Shown: one piece after another, positions 44,780-54,290 of the stretch
How the letters are laid out: each line of letters starts with the position of its first letter
Numbering within the stretch: position 1 is the first letter of the stretch
Origin: Alphaproteobacteria bacterium
Lineage (GTDB): Bacteria; Pseudomonadota; Alphaproteobacteria; Bin95
Assembly: GCA_964291285.2 (NCBI GenBank)
Contig: OZ219785.1
Location: forward strand, 640,001-704,000
DNA length: 64,000 bases
Reading direction: 5' to 3'
Notes under the pieces: model-generated
Databases searched by the model: none
The model's input: only the letters and a program-made list of their open reading frames with translations
What the model was told of the DNA's origin: nothing
Made by a program: the position numbers and the translations under genes

Positions 44780-46186
44780 TTATGCTGCGAAGCAGAGGGC
44801 GTACTGCATCCGCCTTATCTTGTCGGGCGGAATTATGTTTGGTTCCCGGTGTGGCGGGGAGCGCGATAAATTGTTTCCAAGCCAGAGTTGGCATCGTATG
44901 GCCGCGATTGCATCGGAGAATGTGACGCTGGTTTTCTGGTACCAGGCGGCGGCGTAGGACAGGTGGTTTGTCGAGAGCACGTCTGTGGCCCAGAGGCAGA
45001 CGAGGCTGTAGAGCCCGCAGAGGACGGGGGTGGTTCGTGCGATCGCCGCGTGTGACCACTGGCGTTGTGTTTCGAGCCCGAGATGGGCGCGCAGTTCCTG
45101 GAAGGTGACCTCGACCTGCCAGCGCCGCACGAAGGTGGCGATGATCTTGGCCGGCTCCATGTTGGTGTCGGTGCAGAAGAACGCCTGCGGGTCCCGCTCG
45201 CCTTCCGGGTCTCGCACCAGCACCCATCGGATGGCCTTGGGAGGTGTGCCGGGACGATACCAGAGCGCGGTATCGGAGATGATCTGGAGTGTCTTTTCCT
45301 TCGAACTTCCGTACCAGCGCGGAAGCGTGATGCTTGTCCAGCGGGCATCGGGGTCGTCAAGGCGGGTCTGGAGCTTGGGCAGGGGCGGCCCCTTTTGCCG
45401 GGGTCGACCGCGTTTGTTCGGGTCGCGCGGCGGCGGGGGCGCGAAGAGGTTGGCATCGAGCCTCAGCCTGCTGATGAGGGTTGCGCGCTGTCCGATGCGC
45501 CAGGCGAGTTCGTGGGTTCCGAAACTGCTGTCGGCGACGAAGACGATCGCGCGTTGCGGGACCCAGCGAAGGATTTGAAGCATGCCCTGTCGCGCCCAGT
45601 CGGTGAGTTGCTTGTGACGCCGGCCTTGCCTGGCGGCGAAGCGTTCGGACGGGGCCAGGATGGTCAGGAAGGGCAGGGCCCTGATGCCCGGCGACCAGGG
45701 CAGCGGGACAAGCAGCATGAAGCTGAGCCAGCGCAGCCCGCTGGTCTTGACGAAATGGCCATGGCTGGAACGCACCGGGTCGCGATAGATGCCGCGCGCC
45801 TTGATACGCGCGCCCCAGCGGCGCTCGATGGTGTCATCGAGCCCGATGATGATCGGTCCCTGCCCGGCAAGCCGCGCCACCAGCACGAGCACGAGCCGGC
45901 GTGAAAGGTCACGCGGGTCCCAGCGGGCGCGATTGAGAACCTGATGGTAGGACGAGAATGTCTCGCACATCGCCCGCCCGGTCACCCGCAGGCAGGCCGA
46001 CACGGTTCTCTTGCCCGGCGCCAGCAACGCTCCCATGACCAGAACCGCCACCAGCCGCCAGGTCGGGGATGAGAAGGCGCCTCGAAAGGGCTCCAGCCAG
46101 TCGATCAGGAACGGCGGAACCGGATCGCCGATGGCGCTCGAAGGGTCGTCGAAATGTGTCATGACGACCTTCGAATCCAGAAGCAT
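44780..46186 (-). CDS. IS701-type DDE transposase
   Basis: GLDDT..R, ADS and RWQVEVTF.E motifs. Confidence 0.9.
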   Translation of the reverse strand: MLLDSKVVMTHFDDPSSAIGDPVPPFLIDWLEPFRGAFSSPTWRLVAVLVMGALLAPGKRTVSACLRVTGRAMCETFSSYHQVLNRARWDPRDLSRRLVLVLVARLAGQGPIIIGLDDTIERRWGARIKARGIYRDPVRSSHGHFVKTSGLRWLSFMLLVPLPWSPGIRALPFLTILAPSERFAARQGRRHKQLTDWARQGMLQILRWVPQRAIVFVADSSFGTHELAWRIGQRATLISRLRLDANLFAPPPPRDPNKRGRPRQKGPPLPKLQTRLDDPDARWTSITLPRWYGSSKEKTLQIISDTALWYRPGTPPKAIRWVLVRDPEGERDPQAFFCTDTNMEPAKIIATFVRRWQVEVTFQELRAHLGLETQRQWSHAAIARTTPVLCGLYSLVCLWATDVLSTNHLSYAAAWYQKTSVTFSDAIAAIRCQLWLGNNLSRSPPHREPNIIPPDKIRRMQYALCFAA

Positions 46187-46271
46187 CCGGCATGCAAGGG
46201 CGCCCGCATGCGACCGGGTGAATCAGCATCGCTGCAGCGACAGAAGCCATCCAATCCGATATCACTGCTTC

Positions 46272-46559
46272 ATGGCCGCATCCGACCCCTGTCTGGCGCG
46301 CATCGAAGCGTTCAACAAATCCAGGGGCGGGGGCGTGACGGTCACCAGGGTGCGCGGCGGCTACAATCTGTATCTCACGGCCACGCAGGCACCGATCGCA
46401 AGGCTCCAGCCGAAAGGCTCAGGTGACAAGATGAGGGTGCGCTACTGGTCCTGGCGCCAGTCCTGGCAGGACGTCGGAGACATGGGGGGCATCGTGCTCC
46501 CGCTCGAACAGGCCCTCGACGAAATCGCCAAAAACGAGATCTTCTGGACATGGACGTGA
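46272..46559 (+). CDS. Small IS701 passenger protein (95 aa)
   Basis: Copy of 13438-13725 with a K>E change. Confidence 0.6.
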   Translation: MAASDPCLARIEAFNKSRGGGVTVTRVRGGYNLYLTATQAPIARLQPKGSGDKMRVRYWSWRQSWQDVGDMGGIVLPLEQALDEIAKNEIFWTWT

Positions 46560-46624
46560 GGTAATTTTGTACAAAGTCGAGCTAAGTCCTTTCTTCGCCC
46601 CGGAGCCACGCCGGAGGGCGTTCC

Positions 46625-49090
46625 ATGAACGCCTCGTCCCTGGAAGAAACGGCCCGGCGGGCTGGCGAATTGCTCGCCGCCGGCGACCATGAGCAGGCAG
46701 CGCCGCTCTATGAGCGGATGCTGGAGGCGGAAGACGGCCGCGCGGAGGGCCATCTGGGACTGGCGCGAACGCATTACGGGCAGGGCCGCCTCGACGAGGC
46801 GGCCCGGCATTTGCGTTCGGCGGCGGACCTGCGGCCGGACGATGCGGAACTCCAGGGAGAACTCGCGCTGGTGCTGCGCCGGCTGGGCCTCACCGGCGAG
46901 GCGTCGGTCGCGGCGGCCCGTTCCGCCCAGCTCGCGCCGCAGGAGATCGACTTCCACTGGCTGAACGGCACCCTCCTGCTCATGAACGGGCGGTATGCCG
47001 AAGGCTGGGCCGCATGGGGGCAGGCCAGGGCGCTGAATGACGCCACCGCCGACACCAGCCGCTACCGGCCGCCGCGCTGGGACGGCCGGCGGCTCGACGG
47101 CGAAACCCTGCTGCTGGACGCGGGCGGCAATGACATCGACGCCGTGCAATTCTGCCGCTACCTGCCTGCCGTGCGGACCCGCGGAGCCCTTCCGGCCGTC
47201 GCCTGCAGCGAGTCGGCGGCGGGATTGCTTTCCGGACTGCCGGGCCTGCTCTGGCTCGCCGCCCCCGGCGAAAACCGCCCCCCCTACGATCTGACGGTCA
47301 GTTTCGACGACCTGCCGCGCCTGTTCGAGACGACGCCCGCGACCGTGCCGCCGCCCGTGGGCATCGAAGTCAATCCGAGGCAACGGCGATACTGGCAGGA
47401 GACGCTGGCCGGAGCGCCCTCGCCGCGCATCGCGGTCGCCTGGACCGGCGCGGAGCCCTGGCCGGAAGGGCTTCTGGAAATCGCCGGCGCCCGTTTCTAC
47501 ACCTTCCTTGAGCCCGTGCCCGGCATGACGCCGCTTTCGGAGGAGCCGCTCGCCCTGGATGCCGCTGCCGCGATGCTCGAAGAGTTCGAGATGGTGGTAA
47601 GCGACGACAACCCGATCGGCCATCTCGCAGGCACGCTCGGCCGGCCCTGCTGGATGATGCTCGACATCGCGCCGGACTGGCGCTGGCTCCAGGCGCGGCG
47701 CGACACGCCGTGGTATCCGTCCATGCGCCTGGTGAGGCAGGAGCGCGCGGGCGACTGGAGCGCGCCGCTTGCCATCGTGCGGCGCGAGATCGAGCGCGGC
47801 CTCGCCAGGAATGCGGACCGGCTCGCCGCTGCCGAAGCCGCACTTGCCGACGGGCAGGTGCGGCGCGCGGCAGCGCTCTTGGCCGCGGGCGGGCATTCCT
47901 GGCGCGGAGATGCGCGGATGCACCGCCTGCTCGGCAATCTCGCCCTTGCGCAGGGCCGCCTGGACGACGCCGCGCGCGCGCTCCACCGCGCCGTGGCCGC
48001 CGCGCCGGGCGACGCCGAGGTACACAGCGCCTTCGCCGGCGTGCTGGCGCAACTCGGCGCCCACCGCGACCGCGAGCGGATGGCGGCCCGCGCCGTGACG
48101 CTGGATCCTTCCTCCCCCGAGCCCCGCCTCCTCCATGCCGACGCGCTGGAGGCGCTCGGCCGGTCCGATGAGGCGCTTGCCGTCTATACCGACGCCCATG
48201 ACCTTGCGCCGAAAGATCGCGCTACCGCCGCCGCGCTGGCCTCGGCGCTGTTGAGGCGCGGCAATTTCGACGCGGGACTGCCGCTCCTGCCGACGGGCCC
48301 GCTGCCGCCGGCGGGGCTCCAGGCCACCAGGGGAGCGGAGGTCATCATCGATGCCGTCAATGACGACATCGAGGCGGTCTGGCTGCTGCGCTATGCGCCG
48401 CTGCTGGACTCGGCCGAGCGCGTGCTGGCGGCGGTGCGGCCGGGGCTCCAGCGCCTGGTCGCGGGCCAGTCTGGCGTGGACGGCGTGCTCGTCGCCGGAC
48501 AGGCCCGGCCGCAAGGCGCGCTGACGCTCCCGGCTGCGGCGCTGCCGCGGCCGTTCGGCACAACCCTCGAGACGATCCCGGCCGACATCCCTTATTTCCG
48601 GGCAAACGAGATGCTGGCCCGGCACTGGCGGTCGCGTTTCGCACGCCCGGCCCGGCTGCGGGTGGGCATTGCCTGGGGTGAGCGCCCGCTTCTGGAGGCG
48701 ATGGCGCCGCTCTTCGACATCGAGGGCGCAGCCTTTTTCAGCCTGGAGACCGAGTCCGGCTCCCGCACGCTGGCCGCGCTCCGCAGCCGGGCGGGCATCA
48801 CGGACATCTCGACCCGGATCACCGATGCGGCCGAACTGGCTGCCGCGATCTCCGCGCTCGACATGGTTATCGGCCCGGACGGACCGGCGGTGCATGTCGC
48901 CGGCGCGCTCGGCGTGCCGGCGGCCGTGCTGCTCACCCGCCCGGCGCATTGGCGCTGGCTTTCCGACCGGGACGACAGCCCCTGGTATCCCCTGTCCCGC
49001 CTGTTCCGCCAGCGGCGCCTGGACGACTGGACCGACCCCGTCGCGGAACTCGCCATCGTGGTCAAACAGGCCGTGTTCGATGCCGACTGA
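46625..49090 (+). CDS. TPR protein with two tandem TPR plus GT9-like modules
   Basis: TPR helices; HLAG.LG.P...WRW...R.D.PWYP motif present twice. Confidence 0.85.
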   Translation: MNASSLEETARRAGELLAAGDHEQAAPLYERMLEAEDGRAEGHLGLARTHYGQGRLDEAARHLRSAADLRPDDAELQGELALVLRRLGLTGEASVAAARSAQLAPQEIDFHWLNGTLLLMNGRYAEGWAAWGQARALNDATADTSRYRPPRWDGRRLDGETLLLDAGGNDIDAVQFCRYLPAVRTRGALPAVACSESAAGLLSGLPGLLWLAAPGENRPPYDLTVSFDDLPRLFETTPATVPPPVGIEVNPRQRRYWQETLAGAPSPRIAVAWTGAEPWPEGLLEIAGARFYTFLEPVPGMTPLSEEPLALDAAAAMLEEFEMVVSDDNPIGHLAGTLGRPCWMMLDIAPDWRWLQARRDTPWYPSMRLVRQERAGDWSAPLAIVRREIERGLARNADRLAAAEAALADGQVRRAAALLAAGGHSWRGDARMHRLLGNLALAQGRLDDAARALHRAVAAAPGDAEVHSAFAGVLAQLGAHRDRERMAARAVTLDPSSPEPRLLHADALEALGRSDEALAVYTDAHDLAPKDRATAAALASALLRRGNFDAGLPLLPTGPLPPAGLQATRGAEVIIDAVNDDIEAVWLLRYAPLLDSAERVLAAVRPGLQRLVAGQSGVDGVLVAGQARPQGALTLPAAALPRPFGTTLETIPADIPYFRANEMLARHWRSRFARPARLRVGIAWGERPLLEAMAPLFDIEGAAFFSLETESGSRTLAALRSRAGITDISTRITDAAELAAAISALDMVIGPDGPAVHVAGALGVPAAVLLTRPAHWRWLSDRDDSPWYPLSRLFRQRRLDDWTDPVAELAIVVKQAVFDAD

Positions 49091-49136
49091 GACGCGGACC
49101 CTTGATTGCAGCGGCCCGCTTGGGCCATATCGTGGC

Positions 49137-49212
49137 GGGCCCGTAGTTCAGCGGTCAGAACCCGCCGCTCATAACGGCGTTGTCGCAGGTTCGAATCCTG
49201 CCGGGCCCACCA
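49137..49212 (+). tRNA. tRNA with CAT anticodon, probably tRNA-Ile2 (lysidine)
   Basis: GGGCCCG/CGGGCCC acceptor, CTCATAA loop, GGTTCGAATCC, ACCA; lacks initiator features. Confidence 0.9.
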
Positions 49213-49237
49213 GCGGTCCTTTCATCGATCCGGCCGC

Positions 49238-49720
49238 GTGAGCGCCGTCCGCCTCTACCGGGCGCGCGCCGACGACCGCTCGCTCGCCTGGACCGTCGAT
49301 GCCTGGCGGCGGCTCGGCCTCGGCCCCGGCACGGCGCTGTTCACCACTGCGGAAGGTGTGCGGGTCGCCCCGTTCGAGACCGGGCCGCCGATGGTCGAGG
49401 GCGCCTTCGATGCGCGCATGATGTCCGGGCGGGCGGAGTTGCGATGGCTGGCTTCCGGGCGCCGTGAGGGCCTGCGCGTCGGTCCGGCGGTGCTGGTCGG
49501 CGAGGTCGATACGCCGCTTGTCGAGGGGTTCGCGCGCCTGGATCCGCACGACGCCCATCCGCGCGAGGTCGGCTACACGGTCCCGGCGCTCCTGGAGGGT
49601 GCGGGCCGCCCGGTCTCCGTCGCGCTCCGCCTTGTCGAATATGTGGATTCCGCCGACCCCGACCATCCCGGCCGCGTGGACGAACGCCTCGCCGCCGCCG
49701 CGATCCTGCCGGACCCGTAA
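49238..49720 (+). CDS. Csx19-like (type III-D CRISPR-associated) orphan protein
   Basis: FDAR....AELRWL...AVLVGE and LVEY....VDERL resemble Csx19/TIGR03984 motifs as I recall them. Confidence 0.6.
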   Translation: MSAVRLYRARADDRSLAWTVDAWRRLGLGPGTALFTTAEGVRVAPFETGPPMVEGAFDARMMSGRAELRWLASGRREGLRVGPAVLVGEVDTPLVEGFARLDPHDAHPREVGYTVPALLEGAGRPVSVALRLVEYVDSADPDHPGRVDERLAAAAILPDP

Positions 49721-49798
49721 CGCCGCGCCCCGGCCGGCAAGGCCCCGCAGCGCAGGGGAGGTCCCGCGCATGGAGTGGGCCCCTTGGGTCGGACAGTT

Positions 49799-50593
49799 TC
49801 AAGCGGCATTTTTGACAGGGTTGCGATGTTGTTTTTCCTCGAAGCGGTTTGGGCTCAGATATCCGAGCGCGGAGTGCAGGCGTCTGTGGTTGTAGCTGTC
49901 GATGAAGCGCGGCAGTTGCCTTGCGACGTCTTCGGCGGTCTCGAAGGCCATGGGATAGACGCCCTCGACCTTCAGGGTTTTCATGAAGCTCTCCATCATG
50001 GCGTTGTCGTAGGGGTTGGCTCGTCGTCCCATGGAGCCGACCATCCCGTGTTTGTCGAGCCGGGTCCGGTAGGCATGGGCGGCGTATTGCGAGCCCCTGT
50101 CGGAGTGGTGGATGCAGCCGGGCTGAGGGCTTCGGTTCCCGATCGCCTTGTCGAGCGCCGCGAGCGTCAGGCGCGCGTCGATGCGTTGCCCGAGCGCGTA
50201 GCCGACAATGCGGCGCGACCAGGCGTCCATGACCGCCGCCAGATAGACGAAGCCGTCCAGGATGGCGATGTAGGTCAGGTCGGCGACCCAGAGCCGGTTC
50301 GGGCCCTCGACCTCGCAGTCCCGGGACCGGTCCGGGAAGACCGGCCCGTCGTGGCCGCTGTCCGTGGTGGCGACAAAGCGGCGCTTGCGCGGCGGCTGCA
50401 GGGCGTGTTCGCGCATCAGCCGCCTGACCTTCTTGTGGTTGACGGTCCGGCCCCGGTGGCGAAGTTCCGCCTGCATGCGCCGCCAGCCATAGGCCTCGAA
50501 CTCGTCCTTGATCTCGTGCATCGCCTCGACCAGGGCGGTGTCGTCGACCGGGCTCTGCGGCTCGCGGTAACAGGTGGAGCGCGCGATCCCCAT
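49799..50593 (-). CDS. IS3 OrfB integrase-core transposase
   Basis: WVADLTY, HHSDRGSQY, DNA.MESF and YN..R.HS.LGY.SP motifs. Confidence 0.93.
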   Translation of the reverse strand: MGIARSTCYREPQSPVDDTALVEAMHEIKDEFEAYGWRRMQAELRHRGRTVNHKKVRRLMREHALQPPRKRRFVATTDSGHDGPVFPDRSRDCEVEGPNRLWVADLTYIAILDGFVYLAAVMDAWSRRIVGYALGQRIDARLTLAALDKAIGNRSPQPGCIHHSDRGSQYAAHAYRTRLDKHGMVGSMGRRANPYDNAMMESFMKTLKVEGVYPMAFETAEDVARQLPRFIDSYNHRRLHSALGYLSPNRFEEKQHRNPVKNAA

Positions 50594-50943
50594 CAGTCGG
50601 CATCCTTCGGCGACGGAGAGGCCTCGGGGCCGGCGATCACGGACATGGGCGCGCGCCTCGACCGCCGTCCTTGCCGCAAAGCCCCCTTTAGGAACTCCAG
50701 CTCCGCGGCCTGCCGGCCGACCAGCCGTTCGAGCGTCGCGATCCGGGCCTCATATGCCCGGAGCCTGTCGGCCGCCTCGGCCTCCTCATCGAAGGCCCCG
50801 GCCTCATACTTCTCCAGCCACAGCCGGATCAGGGTGCGAGACAGGTCATGACGGCGGGCCAGACCGTAAAACGTCTCGCCTGCCAGATACTCCTCAACGA
50901 CCTGGCGCTTGAAGGCCATGCTGTGCGTGCGGTGCTTCCTCAT
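50593..50943 (-). CDS. IS3 OrfA HTH protein
   Basis: HS.AFK.QVV HTH plus leucine zipper. Confidence 0.88.
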   Translation of the reverse strand: MRKHRTHSMAFKRQVVEEYLAGETFYGLARRHDLSRTLIRLWLEKYEAGAFDEEAEAADRLRAYEARIATLERLVGRQAAELEFLKGALRQGRRSRRAPMSVIAGPEASPSPKDAD

Positions 50944-51023
50944 CGGCGTCGATCCTTCCAATGACCGCGCACCTGTCAATTTCCTACAACAAAACTGTCC
51001 GAGACCAGGGGCCCACTCCAGCA

Positions 51024-51510
51024 ATGTGTCATGAGATGTCATGTTTTGTCATGCGGGCCGGCGGGACCCCGTGCGATGTGTCATGAGATGTCATGATCTG
51101 CATGCGCGCGGCGCATATCCCGTGACCTGTTCGGGCATGGGCTCCGGGTATTCCATCCGGTGTCCCCGGCTTCGCGTCTTCGGCATGGGTCTCTCCTTTC
51201 GATCCGTCTTCGTTCCGTTCTTCCCGCCGCCCGGTTGCCTCAGCGGCGGGACCCTGATTCGCGCGTATCCCCCGCGGGCGCCTGTGCGCGGGCCGGCGCG
51301 CGTATCGCGGCGGCGCGGTTCGCGCGCCTGATTGCGCGCGCGAGACAGAGGGCGCACGTCTCCCGTGCGTTTCTCAGGTTTTTTTCGCGCCGGCGCGACA
51401 TGGTCGAAGAAACGGCCCCGCGCGGATGCCGTTTCCCCTCTCCCGCCTCATATGGGAGCGGACATTCGGTGTTCAAGGGTGTCAAAGGAATTAAATCTAT
51501 TTTTGTTCGT
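51024..51510 (-). repeat. Dispersed element copy 2
   Basis: TTGACA 51480-51485, shared leader core about 51250-51380, RBS AAAGGAG, TGTCATG at 51027, 51037, 51047, 51079 and 51089. Confidence 0.85.
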
Positions 51511-51530
51511 ATTCGATTTCCACATGGCGC

Positions 51531-51800
51531 AATCCCGACGCCCTGCCGATGCTTTGCGCCTCGGGCTCGGAGCGCGGCAACCCGCCCCGGCATGAGGCGG
51601 CGCGGGAGTAGCGGGAGGCGCTGATGAACGGCGCCGTCGCCGGCCTTCCCCGGGCTGCGATTCCGGGTTTCATCCGCATCGCCACGAATCCCGGGATTTT
51701 CGACAGGCCCCTCGACGCAAGCGGCGCCTGCACGCACGTCCGGTCATGGCGCGGTTCCCGGGCCTCAGATGGGTCGATCCTCCCGCCTGACGCCGGGCCG
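51531..51800 (+). pseudogene. Degraded VapC (TIGR00028-like PIN) toxin
   Basis: PD...RHEAARE*..L.NG...GFIRIATNP.IF.RPL...HVRSW; in-frame TAG at 51609. Confidence 0.7.
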
Positions 51801-51856
51801 CGGCGCTCTCCGCGACGATGGCGAACCGGGGAGATAAACGGTGAAATCCGGGCTAA

Positions 51857-53870
51857 CCCGACTTCCGCAACTCGGCTTGAGAATCGACTGATTTGACGGT
51901 TTTCCGGCGCGAGAAGTGTCGGATTTCGGTGCAGTACCTCTCGGGACCGGCTTGTAGTGCCGACCTACCCCCTTGATCGGGCTGGCGAAGATCCGGACGC
52001 TGCGCTGATGTTCGTGCGCTGCAAGAGACGCTTCAAGGACGGCAAGGAGCACCGCTACTGGAGCGTTGTGGAGAACGTCCGGGTCCACGGCGGTCGGGTT
52101 GTTCAGCGTCAGGTGCTCTATCTCGGGGAGATCAACGACAGCCAGCGAGCGGCGTGGTGCCGCTCGATCGAGGTGGTGGAGGGCAAGTCGCGATCACGGC
52201 AGATGGCGCTGTTTCCCGAGGACCGGGAGGCGCCGGCGCTGACTTGCGAAGTGGTGAAGATCGACCTCTCGCAGGTGGCGCTTCACGACCCGCGCCAGTG
52301 GGGGGCGTGCTGGCTGGCGCTGTCCTTGTGGGACCGCCTGGACCTGGACCGCTTCTGGGAAGAGCGGCTGCCGGCGAGCCGGCAAGGCACGCGGTGGCTG
52401 GACATCCTGAAGATCCAGGTCTGCTACCGGCTGATCGACCCGGGCAGCGAGTGGCGCCTTCACCGTCACTGGTATGAGCACAGCGCGCTTCGCGATCTTC
52501 TGGGTGGCGAGCGGGCGATCGCCGACGACACACTCTATCGCTGTCTCGACAAGCTGCTGGCGCACAAGCAGGGCTTCTTCTCGTTTCTGCGCGACCGCTG
52601 GGCGACGCTGTTCGAGGCGCGCTTCGACGTGCTGCTCTACGACCTGACCTCGACCTACTTCGAGAGCGATCCGCCGTTCGATGACAAGCGCCGCTTCGGC
52701 TACAGCCGGGACAAGCGGCCCGACTGCGTGCAGGTGGTGATCGCCCTGATCGTTACGCCGCAGGGCTTTCCGCTGGCCTATGAGGTGATGCCGGGCAACA
52801 CCTCCGACGACACCACGCTGGCGGCGTTCCTCAAGAAGATCGAGGATCAGTATGGCCGCTCCGAGCGGGTGTGGATCATGGACCGCGGCATCCCCACCGA
52901 GGAGACGCTGGCCGCGATGCGCGAGGGCGAGGCGCCGGTGCGCTACCTGGTGGGCACGCCCAAGGGCCGGCTGACGCGGCTCGAGAAGGTGTTCCTGGGC
53001 CTGCCCTGGCAGGAGGTGCGCCAGTCCGTGACTGTCAAGCTTCTGGTCGAGGATGGCGAGCTCTACGTCCTGGTGCGCAGCGAGGGGCGGCAGGTGAAGG
53101 AACGCGGCATGCGCCGGCGCCGGCTGAAGAGGCTGTGGCGTCGATTGGCCGAGTTGCAAGGGCAGTCGAACAGCCGGGATCAGTTGTTGCTCAAGCTCGG
53201 CGCCGCCAGGAAGGAGGCCGGCCGGGCCTGGAGCCTGGTCGACATCACCGTGCCCGGGACCGACAGCGAACTCGCCGCCAACGGCTTCTCATTCCGCCTG
53301 CAGCGCGACCGGCTGCGCCAGGTCCGCCGCCGCGAGGGCCGTTACCTGCTGCGATCCAACATGGTCGCCGAAGACCCCGCCACGCTGTGGCATCTGTACA
53401 TGCAGCTCGTCGAGATCGAGCAGGCGTTCAAGGAACTCAAGCACGACCTCGCGATCCGCCCCATCTTCCATCAGCGCCAAGAGCGCATCGAGGCGCATAT
53501 CTTCGTCTCGTTCATCGCCTACTGCCTGCTGGTGACCCTGAAGAACCTCGCCCGGCCGCGCGCCCCGGGCCTCACCCCACGCGCCATCCTTGAGGCCTTC
53601 GCCACCATCCAGATGGTGGACGTCCATCTGCCAACCACCGACGGCCGGCACCTCGTCCTGCCGCGCCACACCCGGCCGAACAAGGAGCACGAGCTACTGC
53701 TGCAACAGCTCGGCATGACCTGGCCGCAGCAACCCGCACCCCGGATCTCCGCCTGACGGCACACGGCGCCGCCTCTCCGTTCGCCGCCTTGTAGTGCCGA
53801 CCCTCGGGGAGACGATCAAGGCTATTCAATGAGTTAGCATCCTCATGACCCCCGAGTTGCGGAAGTCGGG
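51857..53870 (+). mobile_element. IS1634-family element
   Basis: Perfect 19-bp IR CCCGACTTCCGCAACTCGG; flanks CTAA / CTAC (no exact TSD). Confidence 0.9.
51957..53756 (+). CDS. IS1634 transposase (start may be the downstream MFVR)
   Basis: YDLTSTYFE, GYSRDKRPD, MDRG and IEQAFK.LK motifs. Confidence 0.93.
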   Translation: MPTYPLDRAGEDPDAALMFVRCKRRFKDGKEHRYWSVVENVRVHGGRVVQRQVLYLGEINDSQRAAWCRSIEVVEGKSRSRQMALFPEDREAPALTCEVVKIDLSQVALHDPRQWGACWLALSLWDRLDLDRFWEERLPASRQGTRWLDILKIQVCYRLIDPGSEWRLHRHWYEHSALRDLLGGERAIADDTLYRCLDKLLAHKQGFFSFLRDRWATLFEARFDVLLYDLTSTYFESDPPFDDKRRFGYSRDKRPDCVQVVIALIVTPQGFPLAYEVMPGNTSDDTTLAAFLKKIEDQYGRSERVWIMDRGIPTEETLAAMREGEAPVRYLVGTPKGRLTRLEKVFLGLPWQEVRQSVTVKLLVEDGELYVLVRSEGRQVKERGMRRRRLKRLWRRLAELQGQSNSRDQLLLKLGAARKEAGRAWSLVDITVPGTDSELAANGFSFRLQRDRLRQVRRREGRYLLRSNMVAEDPATLWHLYMQLVEIEQAFKELKHDLAIRPIFHQRQERIEAHIFVSFIAYCLLVTLKNLARPRAPGLTPRAILEAFATIQMVDVHLPTTDGRHLVLPRHTRPNKEHELLLQQLGMTWPQQPAPRISA

Positions 53871-54290
53871 CTACCACCCGTCCGCGCCTCCACCTCCGGC
53901 TGCGGCCCGGCGCTCATCTCCTCCACACAGGCCGTGACCAGGGCCGCGGCGGCCGGCGCGAGCCTTTCGGCCGGCATCGCCGCCAGTTGGGGGTCGGTTG
54001 CCCTCATCGTTCCTCCTTGCTCCGACGGGGAGCGGGTCCCTTTTCCGCGCGTATCCTGCGCGGGCGCCCGCGCCTGCCCGGGCGCGTGTCGGCGCCGGCG
54101 CGGTTCGCGCGCCTGATTGCGCGCGCGAGACGCAGGACGCACGTCTCCCGTCGGCTTCTCACGGGTTTTCAGAAACCGGCGCCGCTCGGCCGCGCGGCAC
54201 CCGGGGACGCGGCTCCGGAGTTCGCTTCCCTGGGGACCATCATATCACAATCCGCCAGATGTCAAGCCCAAAACGCGAACAAAAAGCAAT
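53871..54290 (-). repeat. Dispersed element copy 3, 3' end removed at IS1634
   Basis: Collinear with copy 1 from promoter to AAGGAGGAACGATG (ATG at 54007); IS110 site empty. Confidence 0.9.

Larger units (their letters stand above)
44766..46581 (-). mobile_element. IS701-family element copy 2, complete
   Basis: IR CTCGACTTTGT / ACAAAGTCGAG; CTAAG duplicated at 44761-44765 and 46582-46586. Confidence 0.92.
49771..51020 (-). mobile_element. IS3-family element
   Basis: IR TGGAGTGGGCCCCT; 3-bp TSD GCA (49768-49770, 51021-51023). Confidence 0.93.
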
